From Eledone cirrhosa (lineage: Eukaryota), in assembly GCA_964016885.1 (NCBI GenBank), contig OZ024744.1, positions 11,036,001-11,100,000 of the forward strand: 64,000 nt of DNA, read 5' to 3'. The notes below the pieces were generated by a model. That model ran no database searches. It saw nothing but the letters and a program-made list of their open reading frames with translations, and had not been told where the DNA came from. Of the stretch, positions 39,801 through 53,800 are shown piece by piece; the first letter of the stretch is position 1, and the number at the start of each line of letters is the position of its first letter. Both the position numbers and the translations under genes were made by a program.

Positions 39801-42800
39801 TATGTTGTGTTGTTATACTCCAATATGTTGTGTTGTTGTACTCCAATATGTCATGTTGTTGTACTCCAATATGTTGCGTTGTTGTACTCCAATATATCAT
39901 GTTGTCGTACTCCAATATGTTTTGATGTTGTACTCCAATATGTTGTGTTGTTGTACTCCAATATGTTGTGTAGTCGTACTCCAATATGTTGTGTTGTTGT
40001 ACTCCAATATGCTGTGATGTTGTACTCCAATATGATGTGCTGTTGTACTCCAATGCGTTGTGTTGTTGTACTCCAATATGCTGTGTTGTTATACTCCAAT
40101 ATGTTGTGTTGTTATACTCCAATCTGTTGTGTTGTTATACTCCAATATATTGTGTTGTTATACTCCAATATGTTGTGTTGTTTTACTCCAATATGTTGTG
40201 TTGTTGTACTCCAATATCTTGTATTGTTGTTCTCCAATATGTCATGTTATACTCCAATAAGTTGTGTTCTTGTACTCCAATATATTGTGTTGTTGTACTC
40301 CAATATGTTGTGTTGTTGTACTCCAATATATCATGTTGTCGTACTCCAATATGTCATGTTATACTCCAATGTGTCATTGTTGTACTCCAATATGTCGTGT
40401 TGTTGTACTCCAATATGTCGTGTTGTTGTACTCCAATATGTTGTGTTGTTGTACTCCAATATGTTGTGTTGTTGTACTCCAATATGTTGTGTTGTTATAC
40501 TCCAATATGTTATGTTGTTGTACTCCAATATGTCATGTTGCTGTACTCCAATATGTTTTGATGTTGTACTCCAATATGTCGTGTTGTTATACTCCAATAT
40601 GTTATGATGTTGTACTCCAATATATTGTGTTGTTGTACTCCAATATGTTGTGTTGCTGTACTCCAATATGTTGTGTCGTTGTACTCCAATACGTTGTGTT
40701 GTTGTACTCCAATATGTTGTGTTGTTGTACTCCAATATGTTGTTGTACTCCAATATGTCATGTTGTCGTACTCCAATATTTCGTGTTGTTGTACTCCAAT
40801 ATGTCATGGTGTTGTACTCCAATATGTTGTGTTGTTGTACTCCAATATGTTGTGTTGTTGTACTCCAATATGTTGTGTTGTTGTACTCCAATATGTTGTG
40901 TTGTTGTACTCCAATATGTTGTGTTGTTGTACTCCAATATGTTGTGTTGTTGTACTCCAATATGTTGTGTTGTTGTACTCCAATATGCCATGTTGTTATA
41001 CTCCAATATGTGGTGGTGTTGTACTCCAATATGTCATGTTGTTGTACTTCAATATTTCGTGTTGTTGTACTCCAATATGTCATAGGGGTTGTACTCCAAT
41101 ATGCTGTGTTGCTGTACTCCAATAGGTTGTGTTGTTGTACTCCAATATGCTGTGTTGGCTGTGCTCCAATACGTTGTGTTGTTGTACTCCAATATGTTGT
41201 GCTGCTGTACTCCAATATGTTGTGTTGTTGTACTCCAATATGTTGTGTTGTTGTACTCCAATATGTTGTGTTGTTGTACTCCAATCTATATCGCTGTTGT
41301 ACTCCAATATGTTGTGTTGTTGTACTCCAATATGTTGTGCTGTTGTACTCCAATATGTTGTGCTGTTGTACTCCAATATTTTGTGCTGTTATACTCCAAT
41401 ATATTGTGTTGTTATACTCCAATATGTTGTGTTGTTGTACTCCAAAATATTGTGTTGTTATACTCCAATATGTTGTGTTGTTATACTCCAATAAGTTGTG
41501 CTGTTATACTCCAATATGTTGTGTTGTTGTACTCCAATATGTTGTGCTGTTATACTCCAATATTTTGTGTTGTTATACTCCAATATGTGGTGTTGTTGTA
41601 CTCCAATATGTTGTGCTGTTGTACTCCAATATGTTGTGTTGTTATACTCCAACATGTTGTGTTGTTATACTCCAATATGTTGTGTTGTTATACTCGAATA
41701 TGTTGTGTTGTTATACTCGAATATCTTGTGTTGTTATACTCGAATATGTTGTGCTGTTGTACTCCAATATGTTGTGTTGTTGTACTCCAATATATCATGT
41801 AGTTGTACTCCAATATTTCGTGTTGTTGTACCCCAATATGTAGTGTTGTTTATACTCCAATATGTTTTGCTGTTGTACTCCAATATGTTGTGTTGCTGTA
41901 CTCCTATATGTTGTGTTGTTATTCTCCAATATGTTGTGCTGTTGTACTCCAATGTGTTGTGTTGTTATACTCCAATATGTTGTGTTGATTTACTCCAATA
42001 TGTTGTGTTGTTGTACTCCAATCTGTTGTGTTGTTATACTCCAATGTGTTGTGTTGTTATACTCCAATATGTTGTGTTGTTGTAGTCCAATATGTTGTGT
42101 TGTCGTACTCCAATATGCTGTGTTGTTATACTCCAATATTTCGTGTGGTTGTACTCCAATATGTCATGGTGTTGTACTTCAATATGTCGTGTTGTTGTAC
42201 TCCAATATGTTGTCTTGCTGTACTCCAATATGTTGTGTTGTTGTACTCCAATATCTTGTGTTCTTATACTCCAATATGTTGTGTTGTTATACTCCAATAT
42301 GTTGTGTTGTTGTACTCCAATATGTTGTGCTGTTTTACTCCAATATGTTGTGTTGTTGTACTCCAATATGTTGTATTGTTTTTCTCCAATATGTCATGTT
42401 ATACTCCAATAAGTTGTGTTCTTGTACTCCAATATGTTGTGTTGTTGTACTCCAATATATCATGTTGTCGTACTCCAATATGTCATGTTATACTCCAATA
42501 TGTCATTGTTGTACTCCAATATGTCGTGTTGTTGTACTCCAATATGTCGTGTTGTTGTACTCCAATATGTTGTGTTGTTGTACTCCAATATGTTGTGTTG
42601 TTGTACTCCAATATGTTGTGTTGTTATACTCCAATATGTTATGTTGTTGTACTCCAATATGTCATGTTGTTGTACTCCAATATGTTTTGATGTTGTACTC
42701 CAATATGTTGTGTTGTTGTACTCCAATATGTTTTGATGTTGTAGTCCAATATGTTGTGTTGTTGTACTCCAATATGTTGTGTAGTCGTACTCCAATATGT

Positions 42801-44890
42801 TGCGTTGTTGTACTCCAATATGCTGTGATGTTGTACTCCAATATGATGTGCTGTTGTACTCCAATGCGTTGTGTTGTTGTACTCCAATATGCTGTGTTGT
42901 TATACTCCAATATGTTGTGTTGTTGTACTCCAATATGTTGTGTTGTTGTACTCCAATATGTTGTGTTGTTGTAATCCAATATCTTGTGTAGTTATACTCC
43001 AATATGTTGTGCTGTTGTACTCCAATATGTTGAGTTGTTATACTCCAATATGTAGTGTTGTTATACTCCAATATGTTGTGTTGTTGTACTCCAATCTGTT
43101 GCGTTATACTCCAATATGTTGTGTTGTTATACTCCAATATGTTGTGTTGTTATACTCCAATATGTTGTGTTGTTTTACTCCAATATGTTGTATTGTTGAT
43201 CTCCAATATGTCATATTATACTCCAATAAGTTGTGTTCTTGTACTCCAATATGTGTTGTTGTTGTACTCCAATATGTTGCGTTGTTGTACTCCAATATAT
43301 CATGTTGTCGTACTCCAATATGTCATGTTATACTCCAATATGTTTTGATGCTGTACTCCAATATGTTGTGTTGTTGTACTACAATATGTTGTGTTGTTGT
43401 ACTCCAATATGTTGTGTTGTTATACTCCAATATGTTGTGCTGTTGTACTCCAATATGTTGTGTTGTTATACTCCAATATGTAGTGTTGTTATACTCCAAT
43501 ATGTTGTGTTGTTGTACTCCAATCTGTTGTGTTGTTATACTCCAATATATTGTGTTGTTATACTCCAATATGTTGTGTTGTTTTACTCCAATATGTTGTG
43601 TTGTTGTACTCCAATATGTTGTATTGTTGTTCTCCAATATGTCATGTTATACTCCAATAAGTTGTGTTCTTGTACTCCAATATGTTGTGTTGTTGTACTC
43701 CAATATGTTGTGTTGTTGTACTCCAATATATCATGTTGTCGTACTCCAATATGTCATGTTGTACTCCAATATGTCGTTGTTATACTCCAATATGTCATGA
43801 TGTTGTACTCCAATATGTCGTGTTCTTGTACTCCAATATGTCGTGTTGTCGTACTCCAATATGTTGTGTTGTTGTACTCCAATATGTTGTGCTGTTGTAC
43901 TCCAATATGTTTGTTGTTGTACTCCAATATGTTGTGTTGTTATACTCCAATATGTTGTGTTGTTGTACTCCAATATTTCGTGTTGTTGTACTCCAATACG
44001 TCGTGTTGTACTCCAATATGTTGTGTTGTTATACTCCAATATTTTATGTTGTTGTACTCCAATGTGTCTTGTTGTTGTACTCCAATATGTTTTGATGTTG
44101 TACTCCAATATGTTGTGTTGTTGTACTCCAATATGTTTTGATGTTGTACTCCAATATGTTGTGTTGTTGTACTCCAATATGTTGTGTAGTCGTATTCCAA
44201 TATGTTGTGTTGTTGTACTCTAATATGTTTTGTTTTTATTCTCCAATATGTTGTGATGTTGTACTCCAATGTGTTGTGTTGTTGTACTCCAATGTGATGT
44301 GTTGTTGTACTCCAATATGTTGTGCTGTTGTACTCCAATATTTTTTTGTTTTTTGTACTCCAATATGTTGTGTTGTTATACTCCAATATGTTGTGTTGTT
44401 ATACTCCAATATGGTGTGTTGTTGTACTCCAATATGTTGTATTGTTTTCTCCAATATGTCATGTTATACTCCAATATGGTGTGTTCGTGTACTCCAATAT
44501 GTTGTGTTATTGTACTCCAATATGTTGCGTTGTTGTACTCCAATATGTTGTGTTGTTATACTCCAATATGTCGTGTGGCTGTACTCCAATATGTCATGTT
44601 GTTGTACTCCAATATGTCTTGTTATAGTCCAATATGTCGTGTTGTTGTGTACTCCAATATATCATGTAGTTGTACTCCAATATTTCGTGTTGTTGTACCC
44701 CAATATGTAGTGTTGTTTATACTCCAATATGTTTTGCTGTTGTACTCCAATATGTTGTGTTGCTGTACTCCTATATGTTGTGTTGTTATTCTCCAATATG
44801 TTGTGCTGTTGTACTCCAATGTGTTGTGTTGTTATACTCCAATGTGTTGTGTTGTTATACTCCAATATGTTGTGTTGTTGTAGTCCAATA
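25030..44890 (+). repeat. Higher-order duplication: ~25030-31740 repeated at ~38020-44890 (period ~13.0-13.15 kb)
   Basis: ORF offsets are 12990 (25379/38369), 12989 (26394/39383, 27275/40264) and 13150 (28348/41498, 29721/42871). The marker ATAGGGG pairs as 25811/38801 and 27932/41082. Confidence 0.88.
30804..38365 (+). repeat. Recent perfect tandem duplication, ~3.77-3.79 kb unit (copy 1 ~30804-34572, copy 2 ~34573-38365)
   Basis: ORF offsets are 3769 (30989/34758, 31772/35541), then 3792 (32048/35840, 33378/37170, 34051/37843). Private shared variants include GTCGAGTTG (30851/34620) and AATATAGTGTG (~33951/37743). Confidence 0.93.
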
Positions 44891-47800
44891 TCTTGTGTTC
44901 TTATACTCCAATATGTTGTGTTGTTATACTCCAATATGTTGTGTTGTTGTACTCCAATATGTTGTGCTGTTGTACTCCAATATGATGTGCTGTTGTACTC
45001 CAATATGTTGTGTTGTTGTACTCCAATGTGTTGTGTTGTTGTACTCCAATATGTTGTGCCGTTGTACTCCAATATTTTTTTGTTTTTGTACTCCAAAATG
45101 TTGTGTTGTTATACTCCAATATGTTGTGTTGGTGTACTCCAATATGGTGTGCTGTTGTACTCCAAATCTCGTGTTGTTATACTCCAATGTGTTGTGTTGT
45201 TATACTCCAATATGGTGTGTTGTTGAACTCCAATATGTTGTATTGTTTTTCTCCAATATGTCATGTTATACTCCAATATGTCGTGTTGCTGTACTCCAAT
45301 ATGTCATGCTGTTGTACTCCAATATGTTTTGCTGTTGTACTCCACCGTGTTGTGTTGTTGAACTCCAATACGTTGTGTTGTTGTTCTCCAATATTTTGTG
45401 CTGTTGTACTCCAATTTGTGTTGTTGTACTCCAATATGTTGTGTTGTTGTACTCCAATATGTTGTGTTGTTGTACTCCAATATGTTGTGTTGTTATACTC
45501 CAATATGTTGTGTTGTTGTACTCCAATATGTTGTGTTGTTGTACTCCAATATGTTGTGTTGTTTTACTCCAATATGTTGTGCTGTTGTACTCCAATATTT
45601 CGTGTTGTTGTACTCCAATACGTCGTGTTGTTGTACTCCAATATGTTTTGATGTTGTACTCAAATATGTTGTGCTGTTGTACTCCAATATGTTTTGATGT
45701 TGTACTCCAATATGTTGTGTTGTACTCCAATCTGTTGTGTAGTCGTACTCCAATATGTTGTGTTGTTGTACTCCAATATGCTGTGATGTTGTACTCCAAT
45801 ATGATGTGATGTTGTACTCCAATGCGTTGTGTTGTTGTACTCCAATGTGATGTGTTGTTGTACTCCAATATGTTGTGCCGTTGTACTCCAATATTTTTTA
45901 TATTTGTACTCCAATATGTTGTGTTGTTATACTCCAATATGTTGTGTTGTTATACTCAAATATGTTGTGCTGTTGTACTCCAAATCTCGTGTTGTTATAC
46001 TCCAATGTGTTGTGTTGTTATACTCCAATATGGTGTGTTGTTGTAGTCCAATATGTTGTATTGTTTTTTTCCAATATGTCATGTTATACTCCAATATGTT
46101 GTGTTCGTGTACTCCAATATGCTGTGTTATTGTACTCCAATATGTTGCGTTGTTGTACTCCAATATGTCTTGTTATACTCCAATATGTCGTGTGGCTGTA
46201 CTCCAATATGTCATGTTGTTGTACTCCAATATGTCTTGTTATAGTCCAATATGTCGTGTTGTTGTACTCCAATATGTCATGTAGTTGTATTCCAATATTT
46301 CGTGTTGTTGTACCCCAATATGTCGTGTTGTTTATACTCCAATATGTTTTGCTGTTGTACTCCAATATGTTGTGTTGCTGTATTCCAATATGTTGTGTTG
46401 TTATTCTCCAATATGTTGTGCTGTTGTACTCCAATGTGTTATGTTGTTATACTCCAATATGTTGTGCTGTGCTACTCCAATATATTGTGTTGTTGTACTC
46501 CAATGTGTTGTGTTGTTATACTCCAATATGTTGTGTTGATTTACTCCAATATGTTGTGTTGTTGTACTCCAATCTGTTGTGTTGTTATACTCCAATATGT
46601 TGTGTTGTTATACTCCAATATGTTGTGTTGTTTTACTCCAATATGTTGTGTTGTTGTACTCCAATATGTTGTGTTGTTGTACTCCAATATGTTGTGTTGT
46701 TGTAATCCAATATCTTGTGTTGTTATACTCCAATATGTTGTGTTGTTGTACTCCAATATGTTGTGTTGTTATACTCCAATATGTTGTGTTGTGATACTCC
46801 AATATGTTGTGCTGTTGTACTCCAATATGTTGTGTTGTTATACTCCAATATGTTGTGTTGTTTTACTCCAATATGTTGTGTTGTTGTACTCCAATATGTT
46901 GTATTGTTGTTCTCCAATATGTCATGTTATACTCCAATAAGTTGTGTTCTTGTACTCCAATATGTTGTGTTGTTGTACTCCAATATATCATGTTGTCGTA
47001 CTCCAATATGTCATGTTATACTCCAATATGTCGTTGTTATACTCCAATATGTCATGTTGTTGTACTCCAATATGTCGTATTGTTATACTCCAATATGTTT
47101 TGATGTTGTACTCCAATATGTTGTGTAGTCGTACTCCAATATGTTGTATTGTTATACTCCATTATGTTGTGCTGTTGTACTCCAATATGTTCTGTTGTTG
47201 TACTCCAATATATTGTGTTGTTGTACTCCAATATGTCGTGTTGTTGTACTCCAATATGTCGTGTTGTTGTACTCCAATATGTTGTGTTGTTGTACTCCAA
47301 TATGTTGTGTTGTTGTACTCCAATATGTTGTATTGTTATACTCCAATATGTTATGTTGTTGTACTCCAATATGTCATGTTGTTGTACTCCAATATGTTTT
47401 GATGTTGTACTCCAATATGTTGTGTTGTTGTACTCCAATATGTTTTGATGTTGTACTCCAATATGTTGTGTTGTTGTACTCCAATATGCTGTGTAGTCGT
47501 ATTCCAATATGTTGTGTTGTTGTACTCCAATATGCTGTGATGTTGTACTCCAATATGATGTGCTGTTGTACTCCAATGCGTTGTGTTGTTGTACTCCAAT
47601 ATGTTGTGTTGTTATACTCCAATATGTTGTGTTGTTGTACTCCAATATGTTGTGTTGTTGTACTCCAATATGTTGTGTTGTTGTACTCCAATATGTTGTG
47701 TTGTTATACTCCAATATGTTGTGCTGTTGTACTCCAATATGTTGAGTTGTTATACTCCAATATGTAGTGTTGTTATACTCCAATATGTTGTGTTGTTGTA

Positions 47801-50800
47801 CTCCAATCTGTTGCGTTATACTCCAATATGTTGTGTTGTTATACTCCAATATGTTGTGTTGTTATACTCCAATATGTTGTGTTGTTTTACTCCAATATGT
47901 TGTATTGTTGATCTCCAATATGTCATATTATACTCCAATAAGTTGTGTTCTTGTACTCCAATATGTGTTGTTGTTGTACTCCAATATGTTGCGTTGTTGT
48001 ACTCCAATATATCATGTTGTCGTACTCCAATATGTCATGTTATACTCCAATATGTTTTGATGCTGTACTCCAATATGTTGTGTTGTTGTACTACAATATG
48101 TTGTGTTGTTGTACTCCAATATGTTGTGTTGTTATACTCCAATATGGTGTGCTGTTGTACTCCAATATGTTGTGTTGTTATACTCCAATATGTAGTGTTG
48201 TTATACTCCAATATGTTGTGTTGTTGTACTCCAATCTGTTGTGTTGTTATACTCCAATATATTGTGTTGTTATACTCCAATATGTTGTGTTGTTTTACTC
48301 CAATATGTTGTGTTGTTGTACTCCAATATGTTGTGTTCTTGTACTCCAATATGTCGTGTTGTCGTACTCCAATATGTTGTGTTGTTGTACTCCAATATGT
48401 TGTGCTGTTGTACTCCAATATGTTGTGTTGTTGTACTCCAATATGTTGTGTTGTTATACTCCAATATGTTGTGCTGTTGTACTCCAATATTTCGTGTTGT
48501 TGTACTCCAATACGTCGTGTTGTATTCCAATATGTTGTGTTGTTATACTCCAATATGTTATGTTGTTGTACTCCAATGTGTCTTGTTGTTGTACTCCAAT
48601 ATGTTTTGATGTTGTACTCCAATATGTTTTGTTGTTATTCTCCAATATGTTGTGATGTTGTACTCCAATGTGTTGTGTTGTTGTACTCCAATGTGATGTG
48701 TTGTTGTACTCCAATATGTTGTGCTGTTGTACTCCAATATTTTTTGTTTTTTGTACTCCAATATGTTGTGTTGTTATACACCAATATGTTGTGTTGTTAT
48801 ACTCCAATATGGTGTGTTGTTGTACTCCAATATGTTGTATTGTTTTCTCCAATATGTCATGGTATACTCCAATATGGTGTGTTCGTGTACTCCAATATGT
48901 TGTGTTATTGTACTCCAATATGTTGCGTTGTTGTACTCCAATATGTTGTGTTGTTATACTCCAATATGTCGTGTGGCTGTACTCCAATATGTCATGTTGT
49001 TGTACTCCAATATGTCTTGTTATAGTCCAATATGTCGTGTTGTTGTACTCCAATATATCATGTAGTTGTACTCCAATATTTCGTGTTGTTGTACTCCAAT
49101 ATGTCGTGTTGTTGTACTCCAATATGTTGTGTTGTTGTACTCCAATATGTTGTGTTGTTGTACTCCAATATGTTGTGTTGTTATACTCCAATATGTTATG
49201 TTGTTGTACTCCAATATGTCATGTTGTTGTACTCCAATATGTTTTGATGTTGTACTCCAATATGTCGTGTTGTTATACTCCAATATGTTATGATGTTGTA
49301 CTCCAATATATTGTGTTGTTGTACTCCAATATGTTGTGTTGCTGTACTCCAATATGTTGTGTCGTTGTACTCCAATACGTTGTGTTGTTGTACTCCAATA
49401 TGTTGTGTTGTTGTACTCCAATATGTTGTTGTACTCCAATATGTCATGTTGTCGTACTCCAATATTTCGTGTTGTTGTACTCCAATATGTCATGGTGTTG
49501 TACTCCAATATGTTGTGTTGTTGTACTCCAATATGTTGTGTTGTTGTACTCCAATATGTTGTGTTGTTGTACTCCAATAGGTTGTGTTGTTGTACTCCAA
49601 TATGTTGTGTTGTTGTACTCCAATATGTTGTGTTGTTGTACTCCAATATGTTGTGTTGTTGTGCTCCAATATGTTGTGTTGTTGTACTCCAATATGCCAT
49701 GTTGTTATACTCCAATATGTGGTGGTGTTGTACTCCAATATGTCATGTTGTTGTACTTCAATATTTCGTGTTGTTGTACTCCAATATGTCATAGGGGTTG
49801 TACTCCAATATGCTGTGTTGCTGTACTCCAATAGGTTGTGTTGTTGTACTCCAATATGCTGTGTTGGCTGTGCTCCAATACGTTGTGTTGTTGTACTCCA
49901 ATATGTTGTGCTGCTGTACTCCAATATGTTGTGCTGCTGTACTCCAATATGTTGTGTTGTTGTACTCCAATATGTTGTGTTGTTGTACTCCAATATGTTG
50001 TGTTGTTGTACTCCAATCTATATCGCTGTTGTACTCCAATATGTTGTGTTGTTGTACTCCAATATGCTGTGCTGTTGTACTCCAATATGTTGTGCTGTTG
50101 TACTCCAATATTTTGTGCTGTTATACTCCAATATATTGTGTTGTTATACTCCAATATGTTGTGTTGTTGTACTCCAAAATATTGTGTTGTTATACTCCAA
50201 TATGTTGTGTTGTTATACTCCAATAAATTGTGCTGTTATACTCCAATATGTTGTGTTGTTGTACTCCAATATGTTGTGCTGTTATACTCCAATATTTTGT
50301 GTTGTTATACTCCAATATGTGGTATTGTTGTACTCCAATATGTTGTGCTGTTGTACTCCAATATGTTGTGTTGTTATACTCCAACATGTTGTGTTGTTAT
50401 ACTCCAATATGTTGTGTTGTTATACTCGAATATGTTGTGTTGTTATACTCGAATATCTTGTGTTGTTATACTCGAATATGTTGTGCTGTTGTACTCCAAT
50501 ATGTTGTGTTGTTGTACTCCAATATATCATGTAGTTGTACTCCAATATTTCGTGTTGTTGTACCCCAATATGTAGTGTTGTTTATACTCCAATATGTTTT
50601 GCTGTTGTACTCCAATATGTTGTGTTGCTGTACTCCTATATGTTGTGTTGTTATTCTCCAATATGTTGTGCTGTTGTACTCCAATGTGTTGTGTTGTTAT
50701 ACTCCAATATGTTGTGTTGATTTACTCCAATATGTTGTGTTGTTGTACTCCAATCTGTTGTGTTGTTATACTCCAATGTGTTGTGTTGTTATACTCCAAT

Positions 50801-53800
50801 ATGTTGTGTTGTTGTAGTCCAATATGTTGTGTTGTCGTACTCCAATATGTTGTGTTGTTATACTCCAATATTTCGTGTGGTTGTACTCCAATATGTCATG
50901 GTGTTGTACTTCAATATGTCGTGTTGTTGTACTCCAATATGTTGTCTTGCTGTACTCCAATATGTTGTGTTGTTGTACTCCAATATCTTGTGTTCTTATA
51001 CTCCAATATGTTGTGTTGTTATACTCCAATATGTTGTGTTGTTGTACTCCAATATGTTGTGCTGTTTTACTCCAATATGTTGTGTTGTTGTACTCCAATA
51101 TGTTGTATTGTTTTTCTCCAATATGTCATGTTATACTCCAATAAGTTGTGTTCTTGTACTCCAATATGTTGTGTTGTTGTACTCCAATATATCATGTTGT
51201 CGTACTCCAATATGTCATGTTATACTCCAATATGTCATTGTTGTACTCCAATATGTCGTGTTGTTGTACTCCAATATGTCGTGTTGTTGTACTCCAATAT
51301 GTTGTGTTGTTGTACTCCAATATGTTGTGTTGTTGTACTCCAATATGTTGTGTTGTTATACTCCAATATGTTATGTTGTTGTACTCCAATATGTCATGTT
51401 GTTGTACTCCAATATGTTTTGATGTTGTACTCCAATATGTTGTGTTGTTGTACTCCAATATGTTTTGATGTTGTAGTCCAATATGTTGTGTTGTTGTACT
51501 CCAATATGTTGTGTAGTCGTACTCCAATATGTTGCGTTGTTGTACTCCAATATGCTGTGATGTTGTACTCCAATATGATGTGCTGTTGTACTCCAATGCG
51601 TTGTGTTGTTGTACTCCAATATGCTGTGTTGTTATACTCCAATATGTTGTGTTGTTGTACTCCAATATGTTGTGTTGTTGTACTCCAATATGTTGTGTTG
51701 TTGTAATCCAATATCTTGTGTAGTTATACTCCAATATGTAGTGTTGTTATACTCCAATATGTTGTGTTGTTGTACTCCAATCTGTTGCGTTATACTCCAA
51801 TATGTTGTGTTGTTATACTCCAATATGTTGTGTTGTTATACTCCAATATGTTGTGTTGTTTTACTCCAATATGTTGTATTGTTGATCTCCAATATGTCAT
51901 ATTATACTCCAATAAGTTGTGTTCTTGTACTCCAATATGTGTTGTTGTTGTACTCCAATATGTTGCGTTGTTGTACTCCAATATATCATGTTGTCGTACT
52001 CCAATATGTCATGTTATACTCCAATATGTTTTGATGCTGTACTCCAATATGTTGTGTTGTTGTACTACAATATGTTGTGTTGTTGTACTCCAATATGTTG
52101 TGTTGTTATACTCCAATATGTTGTGCTGTTGTACTCCAATATGTTGTGTTGTTATACTCCAATATGTAGTGTTGTTATACTCCAATATGTTGTGTTGTTG
52201 TACTCCAATCTGTTGTGTTGTTATACTCCAATATATTGTGTTGTTATACTCCAATATGTTGTGTTGTTTTACTCCAATATGTTGTGTTGTTGTACTCCAA
52301 TATGTTGTATTGTTGTTCTCCAATATGTCATGTTATACTCCAATAAGTTGTGTTCTTGTACTCCAATATGTTGTGTTGTTGTACTCCAATATGTTGTGTT
52401 GTTGTACTCCAATATATCATGTTGTCGTACTCCAATATGTCATGTTGTACTCCAATATGTCGTTGTTATACTCCAATATGTCATGATGTTGTACTCCAAT
52501 ATGTCGTGTTCTTGTACTCCAATATGTCGTGTTGTCGTACTCCAATATGTTGTGTTGTTGTACTCCAATATGTTGTGCTGTTGTACTCCAATATGTTTGT
52601 TGTTGTACTCCAATATGTTGTGTTGTTATACTCCAATATGTTGTGTTGTTGTACTCCAATATTTCGTGTTGTTGTACTCCAATACGTCGTGTTGTACTCC
52701 AATATGTTGTGTTGTTATACTCCAATATGTTATGTTGTTGTACTCCAATGTGTCTTGTTGTTGTACTCCAATATGTTTTGATGTTGTACTCCAATATGTT
52801 GTGTTGTTGTACTCCAATATGTTTTGATGTTGTACTCCAATATGTTGTGTTGTTGTACTCCAATATGTTGTGTAGTCGTATTCCAATATGTTGTGTTGTT
52901 GTACTCTAATATGTTTTGTTGTTATTCTCCAATATGTTGTGATGTTGTACTCCAATGTGTTGTGTTGTTGTACTCCAATGTGATGTGTTGTTGTACTCCA
53001 ATATGTTGTGCTGTTGTACTCCAATATTTTTTTGTTTTTTTACTCCAATATGTTGTGTTGTTATACTCCAATATGTTGTGTTGTTATACTCCAATATGGT
53101 GTGTTGTTGTACTCCAATATGTTGTATTGTTTTCTCCAATATGTCATGTTATACTCCAATATGGTGTGTTCGTGTACTCCAATATGTTGTGTTATTGTAC
53201 TCCAATATGTTGCGTTGTTGTACTCCAATATGTTGTGTTGTTATACTCCAATATGTCGTGTGGCTGTACTCCAATATGTCATGTTGTTGTACTCCAATAT
53301 GTCTTGTTATAGTCCAATATGTCGTGTTGTTGTGTACTCCAATATATCATGTAGTTGTACTCCAATATTTCGTGTTGTTGTACCCCAATATGTAGTGTTG
53401 TTTATACTCCAATATGTTTTGCTGTTGTACTCCAATATGTTGTGTTGCTGTACTCCTATATGTTGTGTTGTTATTCTCCAATATGTTGTGCTGTTGTACT
53501 CCAATGTGTTGTGTTGTTATACTCCAATGTGTTGTGTTGTTATACTCCAATATGTTGTGTTGTTGTAGTCCAATATGTTGTGTTGTCGTACTCCAATATA
53601 TTGTGTTGTTATACTCCAATATTTCGTGTGGTTGTACTCCAGTATGTCATGGTGTTGTACTTCAATATGTCGTGTTGTTGTACTCCAATATGTTGTCTTG
53701 TTGTACTCCAATCTGTTGTATTGTTGTACTTCAATATGTTCTGTTGTTGTACTCCAATATATTGTGTTGTTGTACTCCAATATGTTGTGTTGTTGTACTC

